This document shows positions 1 through 13,200 of a stretch of 43,705 nucleotides of DNA, piece after piece. Made by a program: the position numbers and the translations under genes. Position 1 is the stretch's first letter. The number at the start of each line of letters is the position of its first letter. The DNA lies in assembly GCA_032718475.1 (NCBI GenBank), contig JAUCBJ010004879.1, positions 1-43,705 on the forward strand, given 5' to 3'. The DNA comes from Nemertoderma westbladi (lineage: Eukaryota > Animalia > Xenacoelomorpha). The notes under the pieces are model-generated. The model made no database searches. It worked only from the letters and a program-made list of their open reading frames with translations, and was not told the DNA's origin.

Positions 1-3000
1 CCCCTTCACTGCCTCCCCACCCCCACACATACCCTCCACCCCCCTTCACTGCCTCCCCACCCCCACACATACCCTCCACCCCCCTTCACTACCTCCCCAC
101 CCCCACACATACCCTCCACCCCCCTTCACTGCCTCCCCACCCCCACACATACCCTCCACCCCCCTTCACTGCCTCCCCACCCCCACACATACCCTCCACC
201 CCCTTCACTGCCTCCCCACCCCCACACATACCCTCCACCCCCCTTCACTGCCTCCCCACCCCCACACATACCCTCCACCCCCCTTCACTGCCTCCCCACC
301 CCCACACATACCCTCCACCCCCCTTCACTGCCTCCCCACCCCCACACATACCCTCCACCCCCCTTCACTGCCTCCCCACCCCCACACATACCCTCCACCC
401 CCCTTCACTGCCTCCCCACCCCCACACATACCCTCCACCCCCCTTCACTGCCTCCCCACCCCCACACATACCCTCCACCCCCCTTCACTGCCTCCCCACC
501 CCCACACATACCCTCCACCCCCCTTCACTGCCTCCCCACCCCCACACATACCCTCCACCCCCCTTCACTGCCTCCCCACCCCCACACATACCCTCCACCC
601 CCCTTCACTGCCTCCCCACCCCCACACATACCCTCCACCCCCCTTCACTGCCTCCCCACCCCCACACATACCCTCAATCCCCCTTCACTGCCTCCCCACC
701 CCCACACATACCCTCCACCCCCCTTCACTGCCTCCCCACCCCCACACATACCCTCCACCCCCCTTCACTGCCTCCCCACCCCCACACATACCCTCCACCC
801 CCCTTCACTGCCTCCCCACCCCCACACATACCCTCCACCCCCCTTCACTGCCTCCCCACCCCCACACATACCCTCCACCCCCCTTCACTGCCTCCCCACC
901 CCCACACATACCCTCCACCCCCCTTCACTGCCTCCCCACCCCCACACATACCCTCCACCCCCCTTCACTGCCTCCCCACCCCCACACATACCCTCCATCC
1001 CCCTTCACTGCCTCCCCACCCCCACACATACCCTCCACCCCCCTTCACTGCCTCCCCACCCCCACACATACCCTCCACCCCCCTTCACTGCCTCCCCACC
1101 CCCACACATACCCTCCACCCCCCTTCACTGCCTCCCCACCCCCACACATACCCTCCACCCCCCTTCACTGCCTCCCCACCCCCACACATACCCTCCATCC
1201 CCCTTCACTGCCTCCCCACCCCCACACATACCCTCCACCCCCCTTCACTGCCTCCCCACCCCCACACATACCCTCCACCCCCCTTCACTGCCTCCCCACC
1301 CCCACACATACCCTCCATCCCCCTTCACTGCCTCCCCACCCCCACACATACCCTCCACCCCCCTTCACTGCCTCCCCACCCCCACACATACCCTCCACCC
1401 CCCTTCACTGCCTCCCCACCCCCACACATACCCTCAATCCCCCTTCACTGCCTCCCCACCCCCACACATACCCTCCACCCCCCTTCACTGCCTCCCCACC
1501 CCCACACATACCCTCCACCCCCCTTCACTGCCTCCCCACCCCCACACATACCCTCCACCCCCCTTCACTGCCTCCCCACCCCCACACATACCCTCCACCC
1601 CCCTTCACTGCCTCCCCACCCCCACACATACCCTCCACCCCCCTTCACTGCCTCCCCACCCCCACACATACCCTCCACCCCCCTTCACTGCCTCCCCACC
1701 CCCACACATACCCTCCACCCCCCTTCACTGCCTCCCCACCCCCACACATACCCTCCACCCCCCTTCACTGCCTCCCCACCCCCACACATACCCTCCACCC
1801 CCCTTCACTGCCTCCCCACCCCCACACATACCCTCAATCCCCCTTCACTGCCTCCCCACCCCCACACATACCCTCCACCCCCCTTCACTGCCTCCCCACC
1901 CCCACACATACCCTCCACCCCCCTTCACTGCCTCCCCACCCCCACACATACCCTCCACCCCCCTTCACTGCCTCCCCACCCCCACACATACCCTCCATCC
2001 CCCTTCACTGCCTCCCCACCCCCACACATACCCTCCACCCCCCTTCACTGCCTCCCCACCCCCACACATACCCTCCACCCCCCTTCACTGCCTCCCCACC
2101 CCCACACATACCCTCCACCCCCCTTCACTGCCTCCCCACCCCCACACATACCCTCCACCCCCCTTCACTGCCTCCCCACCCCCACACATACCCTCCACCC
2201 CCCTTCACTGCCTCCCCACCCCCACACATACCCTCCACCCCCCTTCACTGCCTCCCCACCCCCACACATACCCTCCACCCCCCTTCACTGCCTCCCCACC
2301 CCCACACATACCCTCCACCCCCCTTCACTGCCTCCCCACCCCCACACATACCCTCCACCCCCCTTCACTGCCTCCCCACCCCCACACATACCCTCCACCC
2401 CCCTTCACTGCCTCCCCACCCCCACACATACCCTCCATCCCCCTTCACTGCCTCCCCACCCCCACACATACCCTCCACCCCCCTTCACTGCCTCCCCACC
2501 CCCACACATACCCTCCACCCCCCTTCACTGCCTCCCCACCCCCACACATACCCTCCACCCCCCTTCACTGCCTCCCCACCCCCACACATACCCTCCACCC
2601 CCCTTCACTGCCTCCCCACCCCCACACATACCCTCCACCCCCCTTCACTGCCTCCCCACCCCCACACATACCCTCCACCCCCCTTCACTGCCTCCCCACC
2701 CCCACACATACCCTCAATCCCCCTTCACTGCCTCCCCACCCCCACACATACCCTCCACCCCCCTTCACTGCCTCCCCACCCCCACACATACCCTCCACCC
2801 CCCTTCACTGCCTCCCCACCCCCACACATACCCTCCACCCCCCTTCACTGCCTCCCCACCCCCACACATACCCTCCACCCCCCTTCACTGCCTCCCCACC
2901 CCCACACATACCCTCCACCCCCCTTCACTGCCTCCCCACCCCCACACATACCCTCCACCCCCCTTCACTGCCTCCCCACCCCCACACATACCCTCCACCC

Positions 3001-6000
3001 CCCTTCACTGCCTCCCCACCCCCACACATACCCTCCACCCCCCTTCACTGCCTCCCCACCCCCACACATACCCTCAATCCCCCTTCACTGCCTCCCCACC
3101 CCCACACATACCCTCCACCCCCCTTCACTGCCTCCCCACCCCCACACATACCCTCCACCCCCCTTCACTGCCTCCCCACCCCCACACATACCCTCAATCC
3201 CCCTTCACTGCCTCCCCACCCCCACACATACCCTCCACCCCCCTTCACTGCCTCCCCACCCCCACACATACCCTCCACCCCCCTTCACTGCCTCCCCACC
3301 CCCACACATACCCTCCACCCCCCTTCACTGCCTCCCCACCCCCACACATACCCTCCATCCCCCTTCACTGCCTCCCCACCCCCACACATACCCTCCACCC
3401 CCCTTCACTGCCTCCCCACCCCCACACATACCCTCCACCCCCCTTCACTGCCTCCCCACCCCCACACATACCCTCCACCCCCCTTCACTGCCTCCCCACC
3501 CCCACACATACCCTCCACCCCCCTTCACTGCCTCCCCACCCCCACACATACCCTCCACCCCCCTTCACTGCCTCCCCACCCCCACACATACCCTCCACCC
3601 CCCTTCACTGCCTCCCCACCCCCACACATACCCTCCACCCCCCTTCACTGCCTCCCCACCCCCACACATACCCTCCATCCCCCTTCACTGCCTCCCCACC
3701 CCCACACATACCCTCCACCCCCCTTCACTGCCTCCCCACCCCCACACATACCCTCCACCCCCCTTCACTGCCTCCCCACCCCCACACATACCCTCAATCC
3801 CCCTTCACTGCCTCCCCACCCCCACACATACCCTCCATCCCCCTTCACTGCCTCCCCACCCCCACACATACCCTCCACCCCCCTTCACTGCCTCCCCACC
3901 CCCACACATACCCTCCACCCCCCTTCACTGCCTCCCCACCCCCACACATACCCTCCACCCCCCTTCACTGCCTCCCCACCCCCACACATACCCTCCACCC
4001 CCCTTCACTGCCTCCCCACCCCCACACATACCCTCCATCCCCCTTCACTGCCTCCCCACCCCCACACATACCCTCCACCCCCCTTCACTGCCTCCCCACC
4101 CCCACACATACCCTCAATCCCCCTTCACTGCCTCCCCACCCCCACACATACCCTCCACCCCCCTTCACTGCCTCCCCACCCCCACACATACCCTCCACCC
4201 CCCTTCACTGCCTCCCCACCCCCACACATACCCTCCATCCCCCTTCACTGCCTCCCCACCCCCACACATACCCTCCACCCCCCTTCACTGCCTCCCCACC
4301 CCCACACATACCCTCCACCCCCCTTCACTGCCTCCCCACCCCCACACATACCCTCCACCCCCCTTCACTACCTCCCCACCCCCACACATACCCTCAATCC
4401 CCCTTCACTGCCTCCCCACCCCCACACATACCCTCCACCCCCCTTCACTGCCTCCCCACCCCCACACATACCCTCCATCCCCCTTCACTGCCTCCCCACC
4501 CCCACACATACCCTCAATCCCCCTTCACTGCCTCCCCACCCCCACACATACCCTCAATCCCCCTTCACTGCCTCCCCACCCCCACACATACCCTCCACCC
4601 CCCTTCACTGCCTCCCCACCCCCACACATACCCTCCACCCCCCTTCACTGCCTCCCCACCCCCACACATACCCTCCACCCCCCTTCACTGCCTCCCCACC
4701 CCCACACATACCCTCCACCCCCCTTCACTACCTCCCCACCCCCACACATACCCTCAATCCCCCTTCACTGCCTCCCCACCCCCACACATACCCTCAATCC
4801 CCCTTCACTGCCTCCCCACCCCCACACATACCCTCAATCCCCCTTCACTGCCTCCCCACCCCCACACATACCCTCCACCCCCCTTCACTACCTCCCCACC
4901 CCCACACATACCCTCAATCCCCCTTCACTGCCTCCCCACCCCCACACATACCCTCCACCCCCCTTCACTGCCTCCCCACCCCCACACATACCCTCCACCC
5001 CCCTTCACTGCCTCCCCACCCCCACACATACCCTCCACCCCCCTTCACTACCTCCCCACCCCCACACATACCCTCCACCCCCCTTCACTACCTCCCCACC
5101 CCCACACATACCCTCCACCCCCCTTCACTACCTCCCCACCCCCACACATACCCTCAATCCCCCTTCACTGCCTCCCCACCCCCACACATACCCTCAATCC
5201 CCCTTCACTGCCTCCCCACCCCCACACATACCCTCAATTCCCATTCACTGCCTCCCCACCCCCACACATACCCTCCACCCCCCTTCACTGCCTCCCCACC
5301 CCCACACATACCCTCCACCCCCCTTCACTGCCTCCCCACCCCCACACATACCCTCAATCCCCCTTCACTGCCTCCCCACCCCCACACATACCCTCCATCC
5401 CCCTTCACTGCCTCCCCACCCCCACACATACCCTCCACCCCCCTTCACTGCCTCCCCACCCCCACACATACCCTCAATCCCCCTTCACTGCCTCCCCACC
5501 CCCACACATACCCTCAATCCCCCTTCACTGCCTCCCCACACATACCCTCCACCCCCCTTCACTGCCTCCCCACCCCCCTTCACTGCCTCCCCACCCCCAC
5601 ACATACCCTCAATCCCCCTTCACTGCCTCCCCACCCCCACACATACCCTCAATCCCCCTTCACTGCCTCCCCACCCCCACACATACCCTCAATCCCCCTT
5701 CACTGCCTCCCCACCCCCACACATACCCCCAATCCCCCTTCGACTGCCTCCCCACCCCCACACATACCCTCCATCCCCCTTCACTGCCTCCCCACCCCTA
5801 CACATACCCCCAATTCCCCTTCGATGCCTCCCCACCCCCACACATACCCTCAATCCCCCTTCACTGCCTCCCCACCCCCACACATACCCTCAATCCCCCT
5901 TCACTGCCTCCCCACCCCCACACATACCCTCCATCCCCCTTCACTGCCTCCCCACCCCCACACATACCCTCAATCCCCTTTCACTGCCTCCCCACCCCCA

Positions 6001-7027
6001 CACATACCCTCAATCCCCCTTCACTGCCTCCCCACACATACCCTCCACCCCCCTTCACTGCCTCCCCACCCCCCTTCACTGCCTCCCCACCCCCACACAT
6101 ACCCTCAATCCCCCTTCACTGCCTCACCACCCCCACACATACCCTCAATCCCCCTTCACTGCCTCCCCACCCCCACACATACCCTCAATCCCCCTTCACT
6201 GCCTCCCCACCCCTACACATACCCCCAATTCCCCTTCGATGCCTCCCCACCCCCACACATACCCTCAATCCCCCTTCACTGCCTCCCCACCCCCACACAT
6301 ACCCTCAATCCCCCTTCACTGCCTCCCCACCCCCACACATACCCTCCACCCCCCTTCACTGCCTCCCCACCCCCACACATACCCTCCACCCCCCTTCACT
6401 GCCTCCCCACCCCCACACATACCCTCCACCCCCCTTCACTGCCTCCCCACCCCCACACATACCCTCCACCCCCCTTCACTGCCTCCCCACCCCCACACAT
6501 ACCCTCCACCCCCCTTCACTGCCTCCCCACCCCCACACATACCCTCAATCCCCCTTCACTGCCTCCCCACCCCTACACATACCCCCAATTCCCCTTCGAT
6601 GCCTCCCCACCCCCACACATACCCTCAATCCCCCTTCACTGCCTCCCCACCCCTACACATGCCCCCAATTCCCCTTCGATGCCTCCCCACCCCCACACAT
6701 ACCCTCCACCCCCCTTCACTGCCTCCCCACCCCTACACATACCCCCAATTCCCCTTCGATGCCTCCCCACCCCTACACATACCCCCAATTCCCCTTCGAT
6801 GCCTCCCCACCCCCACACATACCCTCAATCCCCCTTCACTGCCTCCCCACCCCCACACATACCCTCAATCCCCCTTCACTGCCTCCCCACCCCTACACAT
6901 GCCCCCAATTCCCCTTCGATGCCTCCCCACCCCCACACATACCCTCCACCCCCCTTCACTGCCTCCCCACCCCCACACATACCCCCAATTCCCCTTCGAT
7001 GCCTCCCCACCCCCACACATACCCTCC
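1..7027. repeat. 40-bp C-rich minisatellite (ccccttcactgcctccccacccccacacataccctccacc), ~175 copies in window, open at the 5' edge; presumably in a PFK intron
   Basis: Direct 40-bp periodicity. Variants (cctcaatcc, cctccatcc, ccccaattccccttcgatg) accumulate toward the 3' end. The array stops ~45 bp before the PFK acceptor at 7071-7072. Confidence 0.97.
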
Positions 7028-7072
7028 CTTTAAGATAAATAGCGAGTAACTTTTGTTTTCCCTTCATTCCAG

Positions 7073-7262
7073 GGAGGTACGATTATCGGCAGCGCTCGCT
7101 CCAAGGATTTCAGAGAGAAGGCCGGCCGTCTAAAGGCCGCAGTCAACCTCATTTTGCATAATATATCCAACTTGATTGTTATTGGTGGAGACGGAAGTCT
7201 CACCGGGGCTGACTTATTTCGTCGAGAGTGGCCAGAATTAATTGCAGAACTGTTTAAAAGCA
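7073..7262 (+). CDS. PFK: PFK exon (190 bp): [63 protein letters not shown]
   Basis: Acceptor ttcattccag, donor gtaagt at 7263, ends in phase 1. Contains the GGDGS ATP-binding motif. Not in the ORF track; translated by hand. Confidence 0.95.
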
Positions 7263-10200
7263 GTAAGTTAGTGGGGTTGGTAGCAAGGTAAAGGGCGATA
7301 TGATTGGCTGTAAGTTAGTGGGGTTGGTAGCAAGGTAAAGGACGTTATGATTGGCTGTAAGTTAGTGGGGTTGGTATCAAGGTAAAGGACGATATGATTG
7401 GCTGTAAGTTAGTGGGGTTGGTAGGACGATATGAGTGTACGATATCACTAAGTAACAGTTCGATACAAGGAGTGTTGGTTCTCTTTGCAGATACAATCAC
7501 TAAGTAACAGTTCGATACAAGGAGTGTTGGTTCTCTTTGCAGATACAATCACTAAGTAACAGTTCGATACAAGGAGTGTTGGTTCTCTTTGCAGATACAA
7601 TCACAAAGTAACAGTTCGATACAAGGAGTGTTGGTTCTCTTTGCAGATACAATCACTAAGGAACAGTTCGATACAAGGAGTGTTGGTTCTCTTTGCAGAT
7701 ACAATCACTAAGTAACAGTTCGATACAAGGAGTGTTGGTTCTCTTTGCAGATACAATCACTAATAACAGTTCGATACAAGGAGTGTTGGTTCTCTTTGCA
7801 GATACAATCACTAAGGAACAGTTCGATACAAGGAGTGTTGGTTCTCTTTGCAGATACAATCACTAAGTAACAGTTCGATACAAGGAGTGTTGGTTCTCTT
7901 TGCAGATACAATCACTAAGGAACAGTTCGATACAAGGAGTGTTGGTTCTCTTTGCAGATACAATCACTAAGTAACAGTTCGATACAAGGAGTGTTGGTTC
8001 TCTTTGCAGATACAATCACTAATAACAGTTCGATACAAGGAGTGTTGGTTCTCTTTGCAGATACAATCACTAAGGAACAGTTCGATACAAGGAGTGTTGG
8101 TTCTCTTTGCAGATACAATCACTAAGTAACAGTTCGATACAAGGAGTGTTGGTTCTCTTTGCAGATACAATCACTAAGGAACAGTTCGATACAAGGAGTG
8201 TTGGTTCTCTTTGCAGATACAATCACTAAGTAACAGTTCGATACAAGGAGTGTTGGTTCTCTTTGCAGATACAATCACTAATAACAGTTCGATACAAGGA
8301 GTGTTGGTTCTCTTTGCAGATACAATCACTAAGGAACAGTTCGATACAAGGAGTGTTGGTTCTCTTTGCAGATACAATCACTAAGGAACAGTTCGATACA
8401 AGGAGTGTTGGTTCTCTTTGCAGATACAATCACTAAGTAACAGTTCGATACAAGGAGTGTTGGTTCTCTTTGCAGATACAATCACTAAGTAACAGTTCGA
8501 TACAAGGAGTGTTGGTTCTCTTTGCAGATACAATCACTAAGTAACAGTTCGATACAAGGAGTGTTGGTTCTCTTTGCAGATACAATCACTAAGGAACAGT
8601 TCGATACAAGGAGTGTTGGTTCTCTTTGCAGATACAATCACTAAGTAACAGTTCGATACAAGGAGTGTTGGTTCTCTTTGCAGATACAATCACTAAGGAA
8701 CAGTTCGATAAATGCCAACATTTGAACGTTGTTGGGCTGGTCGGGTCTATCGATAACGACTTCTGCGGAACCGATATGACTATCGGCACGGACTCAGCGC
8801 TGCATCGGATTATAGACGCGGTTGACGCGATATCGACGACCGCATCCAGCCATCAGCGAACCTTTATACTGGAGGTTATGGGTCGTCATTGCGGCTACCT
8901 CGCCCTGGTTACCGGACTAGCATCGGCTGCGGACTTCGTATTTATGCCGGAAGATCCTCCCAGCGCGAAAACCTGGAAAGACGATTTGTGTTCTAAACTG
9001 GAGGATGTGAGTCTATTGTGTAGCTGCAATAATTCATTGCTTTGGTGCGCAAATTGGTTATATTGTTTGTGACTGTATCCCGCAGTGTAACCTTTTTTTA
9101 ATGTAGGGGCTTATAAAGTAATGTTATACTTGGGTTGCCCCTATCCTATCCTGGTTATATTATATTGTATTGATTAACAACTCATTGTTTTTATTTAATT
9201 AGAGTAAAGGCCGCGGGAAGCGACTTGGTACGATAATTTTAGCTGAAGGAGCGATAGACGACGAAGGTTCGCCCATTAGTGGGGAGTTAGTTAAACAGGT
9301 TATATCTGAGAGATTGGAGTTGGACGTTAGGATAACGGTGTTGGGACACGTGCAGAGGGGCGGAAATCCTTCGGCCTTCGATAGAATTCTTGTGAGTTAC
9401 ACAGCCAATCATAACAACAGCGATCTCTCTATATTATTACTGTTTATGCGACCTTAAGGTGACACACGAATAATTAATATTCGATTGTTTTAGGCAACGA
9501 GGATGGGGGCGGAGGCAGTTGTAGCTATACTAGATGCGACTCCAAGCACTCCAGCGTGCGTTGTCACTCTGAGTGGCAACCAGACTGTAAGAGTAGACCT
9601 CATGGAGTGCGTGAGACAGGTGAGTTGTAAGAGTAGACCTCATGGAGTGGGTGAGACAGGTGAGTTGTAAGAGTAGACCTCATGGAGTGGGTGAGACAGG
9701 TGAGTTGTAAGAGTAGACCTCATGGAGTGGGTGAGACAGGTGAGTTGTAAGAGTAGACCTCATGGAGTGGGTGAGACAGGTGAGTTGTAAGAGTATACCT
9801 CATAGAGTGCGTGAGACAGGTGAGTTGTAAGAGTAGACCTCATAGAGTGGGTGAGACAGGTGAGTTGTAAGAGTAGACCTCATGGAGTGTGTGAGACAGG
9901 TGAGTTGTAAGAGTAGACCTCATGGAGTGCGTGAGACAGGTGAGTTGTAAGAGTAGACCCCATGGAGTGTGTGAGACAGGTGAGTTGTAAGAGTAGACCT
10001 CATGGAGTGCGTGAGTCAGGTGAGTTGTAAGAGTAGACCTCATGGAGTGTGTGAGACAGGTGAGTTGTAAGAGTAGACCTCATGGAGTGGGTGAGACAGG
10101 TGAGTTGTAAGAGTAGACCTCATGGAGTGTGTGAGACAGGTGAGTTGTAAGAGTAGACCTCATGGAGTGGGTGAGACAGGTGAGTTGTAAGAGTAGACCT

Positions 10201-13200
10201 CATGGAGTGCGTGAGACAGGTGAGTTGTAAGAGTAGACCTCATGGAGTGGGTGAGACAGGTGAGTTGTAAGAGTAGACCCCATGGAGTGTGTGAGACAGG
10301 TGAGTTGTAAGAGTAGACCTCATGGAGTGCGTGAGTCAGGTGAGTTGTAAGAGTAGACCTCATGGAGTGTGTGAGACAGGTGAGTTGTAAGAGTAGACCT
10401 CATGGAGTGGGTGAGACAGGTGAGTTGTAAGAGTAGACCTCATGGAGTGGGTGAGACAGGTGAGTTGTAAAAGGTAGACCTCATGGAGTGGGTGAGACAG
10501 GTGAGTTGTAAGAGTAGACCTCATGGAGTGTGTGAGACAGGTGAGTTGTAAGAGTAGACCTCATGGAGTGGGTGAGACAGGTGAGTTGTAAGAGTAGACC
10601 TCATGGAGTGGGTGAGACAGGTGAGTTGTAAGAGTAGACCTCATGGAGTGGGTGAGACAGGTGAGTTGTAAAAGGTAGATCTCATGGAGTGGGTGAGACA
10701 GGTGAGTTGTAGGAGTAGACCTCATGGTGTGGGTGAGACAGGTGAGTTGTAAAAGGTAGATCTCATGGAGTGGGTGAGACAGGTGAGTTGTAAGAGTAGA
10801 TCTCATGGAGTGGGTGAGACAGGTGAGTTGTAAGAGTAGACCTCATGGAGTGGGTGAGACAGGTGAGTTGTAAAAGGTAGATCTCATGGAGTGGGTGAGA
10901 CAGGTGAGTTGTAAGAGTAGATCTCATGGAGTGGGTGAGACAGGTGAGTTGTAAGAGTAGACCTCATGGAGTGCGTGAGACAGGTGAGTTGTAAGAGTAG
11001 ACCTCATGGAGTGGGTGAGACAGGTGTGTTGTAAGAGTAGACCTCATGGAGTGGGTGAGACAGGTGAGTTGTAAAAGGTAGATCTCATGGAGTGGGTGAG
11101 ACAGGTGAGTTGTAAAAGGTAGATCTCATGGAGTGGGTGAGACAGGTGAGTTGTAAGAGTAGATCTCATGGAGTGGGTGAGACAGGTGAGTTGTAAAAGG
11201 TAGATCTCATGGAGTGGGTGAGACAGGTGAGTTGTAAAAGGTAGATCTCATGGAGTGGGTGAGACAGGTGAGTTGTAGGAGTAGACCTCATGGTGTGGGT
11301 GAGACAGGTGAGTTGTAAAAGGTAGATCTCATGGAGTGGGTGAGACAGGTGAGTTGTAAAAGGTAGATCTCATGGAGTGGGTGAGACAGGTGAGTTGTAG
11401 GAGTAGACCTCATGGTGTGGGTGAGACAGGTGAGTTGTAAAAGGTAGATCTCATGGAGTGGGTGAGACAGGTGAGTTGTAAGAGTAGATCTCATGGAGTG
11501 GGTGAGACAGGTGAGTTGTAAGAGTAGACCTCATGGAGTGCGTGAGACAGGTGAGTTGTAAAAGGTAGATCTCATGGAGTGGGTGAGACAGGTGAGTTGT
11601 AAGAGTAGATCTCATGGAGTGGGTGAGACAGGTGAGTTGTAAGAGTAGACCTCATGGAGTGCGTGAGACAGGTGAGTTGTAAGAGTAGACCTCATGGAGT
11701 GGGTGAGACAGGTGTGTTGTAAGAGTAGACCTCATGGAGTGGGTGAGACAGGTGAGTTGTAAAAGGTAGATCTCATGGAGTGGGTGAGACAGGTGAGTTG
11801 TAAAAGGTAGATCTCATGGAGTGGGTGAGACAGGTGAGTTGTAAGAGTAGACCTCATGGAGTGCGTGAGACAGGTGAGTTGTAAGAGTAGACCTCATGGA
11901 GTGGGTGAGACAGGTGAGTTGTAAGAGTAGATCTCATGGAGTGGGTGAGACAGGTGAGTTGTAAGAGTAGACCTCATGGAGTGGGTGAGACAGGTGAGTT
12001 GTAAAAGGTAGATCTCATGGAGTGGGTGAGACAGGTGAGTTGTAAGAGTAGATCTCATGGAGTGGGTGAGACAGGTGAGTTGTAAGAGTAGACCTCATGG
12101 AGTGCGTGAGACAGGTGAGTTGTAAGAGTAGACCTCATGGAGTGGGTGAGACAGGTGTGTTGTAAGAGTAGACCTCATGGAGTGGGTGAGACAGGTGAGT
12201 TGTAAGAGTAGACCTCATGGAGTGCGTGAGACAGGTGAGTTGTAAGAGTAGACCTCATGGAGTGGGTGAGACAGGTGAGTTGTAAGAGTAGACCTCATGG
12301 AGTGCGTGAGACAGGTGAGTTGTAAGAGTAGACCTCATGGAGTGGGTGAGACAGGTGAGTTGTAAGAGTAGACCTCATGGAGTGGGTGAGACAGGTGAGT
12401 TGTAAGAGTAGACCTCATGGAGTGCGTGAGACAGGTGAGTTGTAAGAGTAGACCTCATGGAGTGGGTGAGACAGGTGAGTTGTAAGAGTAGACCTCATGG
12501 AGTGGGTGAGACAGGTGAGTTGTAAGAGTAGACCTCATGGAGTGGGTGAGACAGGTGAGTTGTAAGAGTAGACCTCATGGAGTGGGTGAGACAGGTGAGT
12601 TGTAAGAGTAGACCTCATGGAGTGGGTGAGACAGGTGAGTTGTAAGAGTAGACCTCATGGAGTGGGTGAGACAGGTGTGTTGTAAGAGTAGACCTCATGG
12701 AGTGGGTGAGACAGGTGTGTTGTAAGAGTAGACCTCATGGAGTGGGTGAGACAGGTGAGTTGTAAGAGTAGACCTCATGGAGTGCGTGAGACAGGTGAGT
12801 TGTAAGAGTAGACCTCATGGAGTGGGTGAGACAGGTGAGTTGTAAGAGTAGACCTCATGGAGTGGGTGAGACAGGTGAGTTGTAAGAGTAGATCTCATGG
12901 AGTGGGTGAGACAGGTGAGTTGTAAGAGTAGACCTCATGGAGTGGGTGAGACAGGCGAGTTGTAAGAGTAGACCTCATGGAGTGGGTGAGACAGGTGAGT
13001 TGTAGGAGTAGACCTCATGGAGTGGGTGAGACAGGTGAGTTGTAAGAGTAGACCTCATGGAGTGCGTGAGACAGGTGAGTTGTAAGAGTAGACCTCATGG
13101 AGTGGGTGAGACAGGTGTGTTGTAAGAGTAGACCTCATGGAGTGGGTGAGACAGGTGAGTTGTAAAAGGTAGATCTCATGGAGTGGGTGAGACAGGTGAG

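Noticed and set aside
5689-7067. Pro/His-rich 'extensin-like' ORFs (404 aa, 264 aa) and their antisense ORFs
   Set aside because: They are translations of the 40-bp C-rich repeat, open in several frames because the unit lacks stops; the unit length is not a multiple of 3.
8626-9072. Stand-alone 148-aa PFK ORF (similarly 22195..22422 and 30960..31202)
   Set aside because: These are exons with intron read-through at the ends; the true boundaries are the GT-AG sites.
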